Shown in pieces: positions 63,961 through 64,000 of a stretch of DNA of 64,000 nucleotides. Position 1 is the first letter of the stretch; each line of letters begins with the position of its first letter. The position numbers and the translations under genes were made by a program. The stretch comes from Octopus bimaculoides (taxonomy: Eukaryota). Below the pieces are notes generated by a model. That model saw nothing but the letters and a program-made list of their open reading frames with translations, ran no database searches and was not told where the DNA came from. The stretch lies in the NCBI RefSeq assembly GCF_001194135.2, contig NC_068982.1, positions 112,359,017-112,423,016 on the forward strand, given 5' to 3'.

Positions 63961-64000
<40 letters not shown>

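Overview
Eukaryotic, strongly AT-rich draft-genome scaffold with 10 N-gaps, most of them next to microsatellites. It is mainly intronic or intergenic DNA. The repeat content resembles what I recall from octopod cephalopods (Octopus-like); this is an inference I cannot confirm here. Well-supported content: (i) about 14 intact or degraded copies of a ~215-bp tRNA-derived SINE, five with recognisable 14-19-bp target-site duplications, four of which start AATRT; (ii) fragments of at least two other tRNA-SINE families; (iii) four clear dead remnants, plus one weak one, of restriction-like-endonuclease (R4/Dong-type) LINEs, two stacked in one (AAT)n array at 56.5-58.2 kb and one of ~1.5 kb at 62-63.5 kb interrupted by a SINE; (iv) degenerate Penelope-like/hammerhead-like relics; (v) many di-, tri- and tetranucleotide arrays. 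Nearly all ORFs in the supplied track are microsatellite or N-gap artefacts. No complete host gene, rRNA, intact tRNA or CRISPR array is visible. Several plus-strand exon candidates (a signal-peptide exon at 23.0 kb, a C-type-lectin-like cluster at 28-31 kb, phase-compatible exons at 52.9-54.7 kb) may belong to a large-intron gene for a secreted protein, but they are unverified. I found no clearly new biological system; the best leads are listed as findings.
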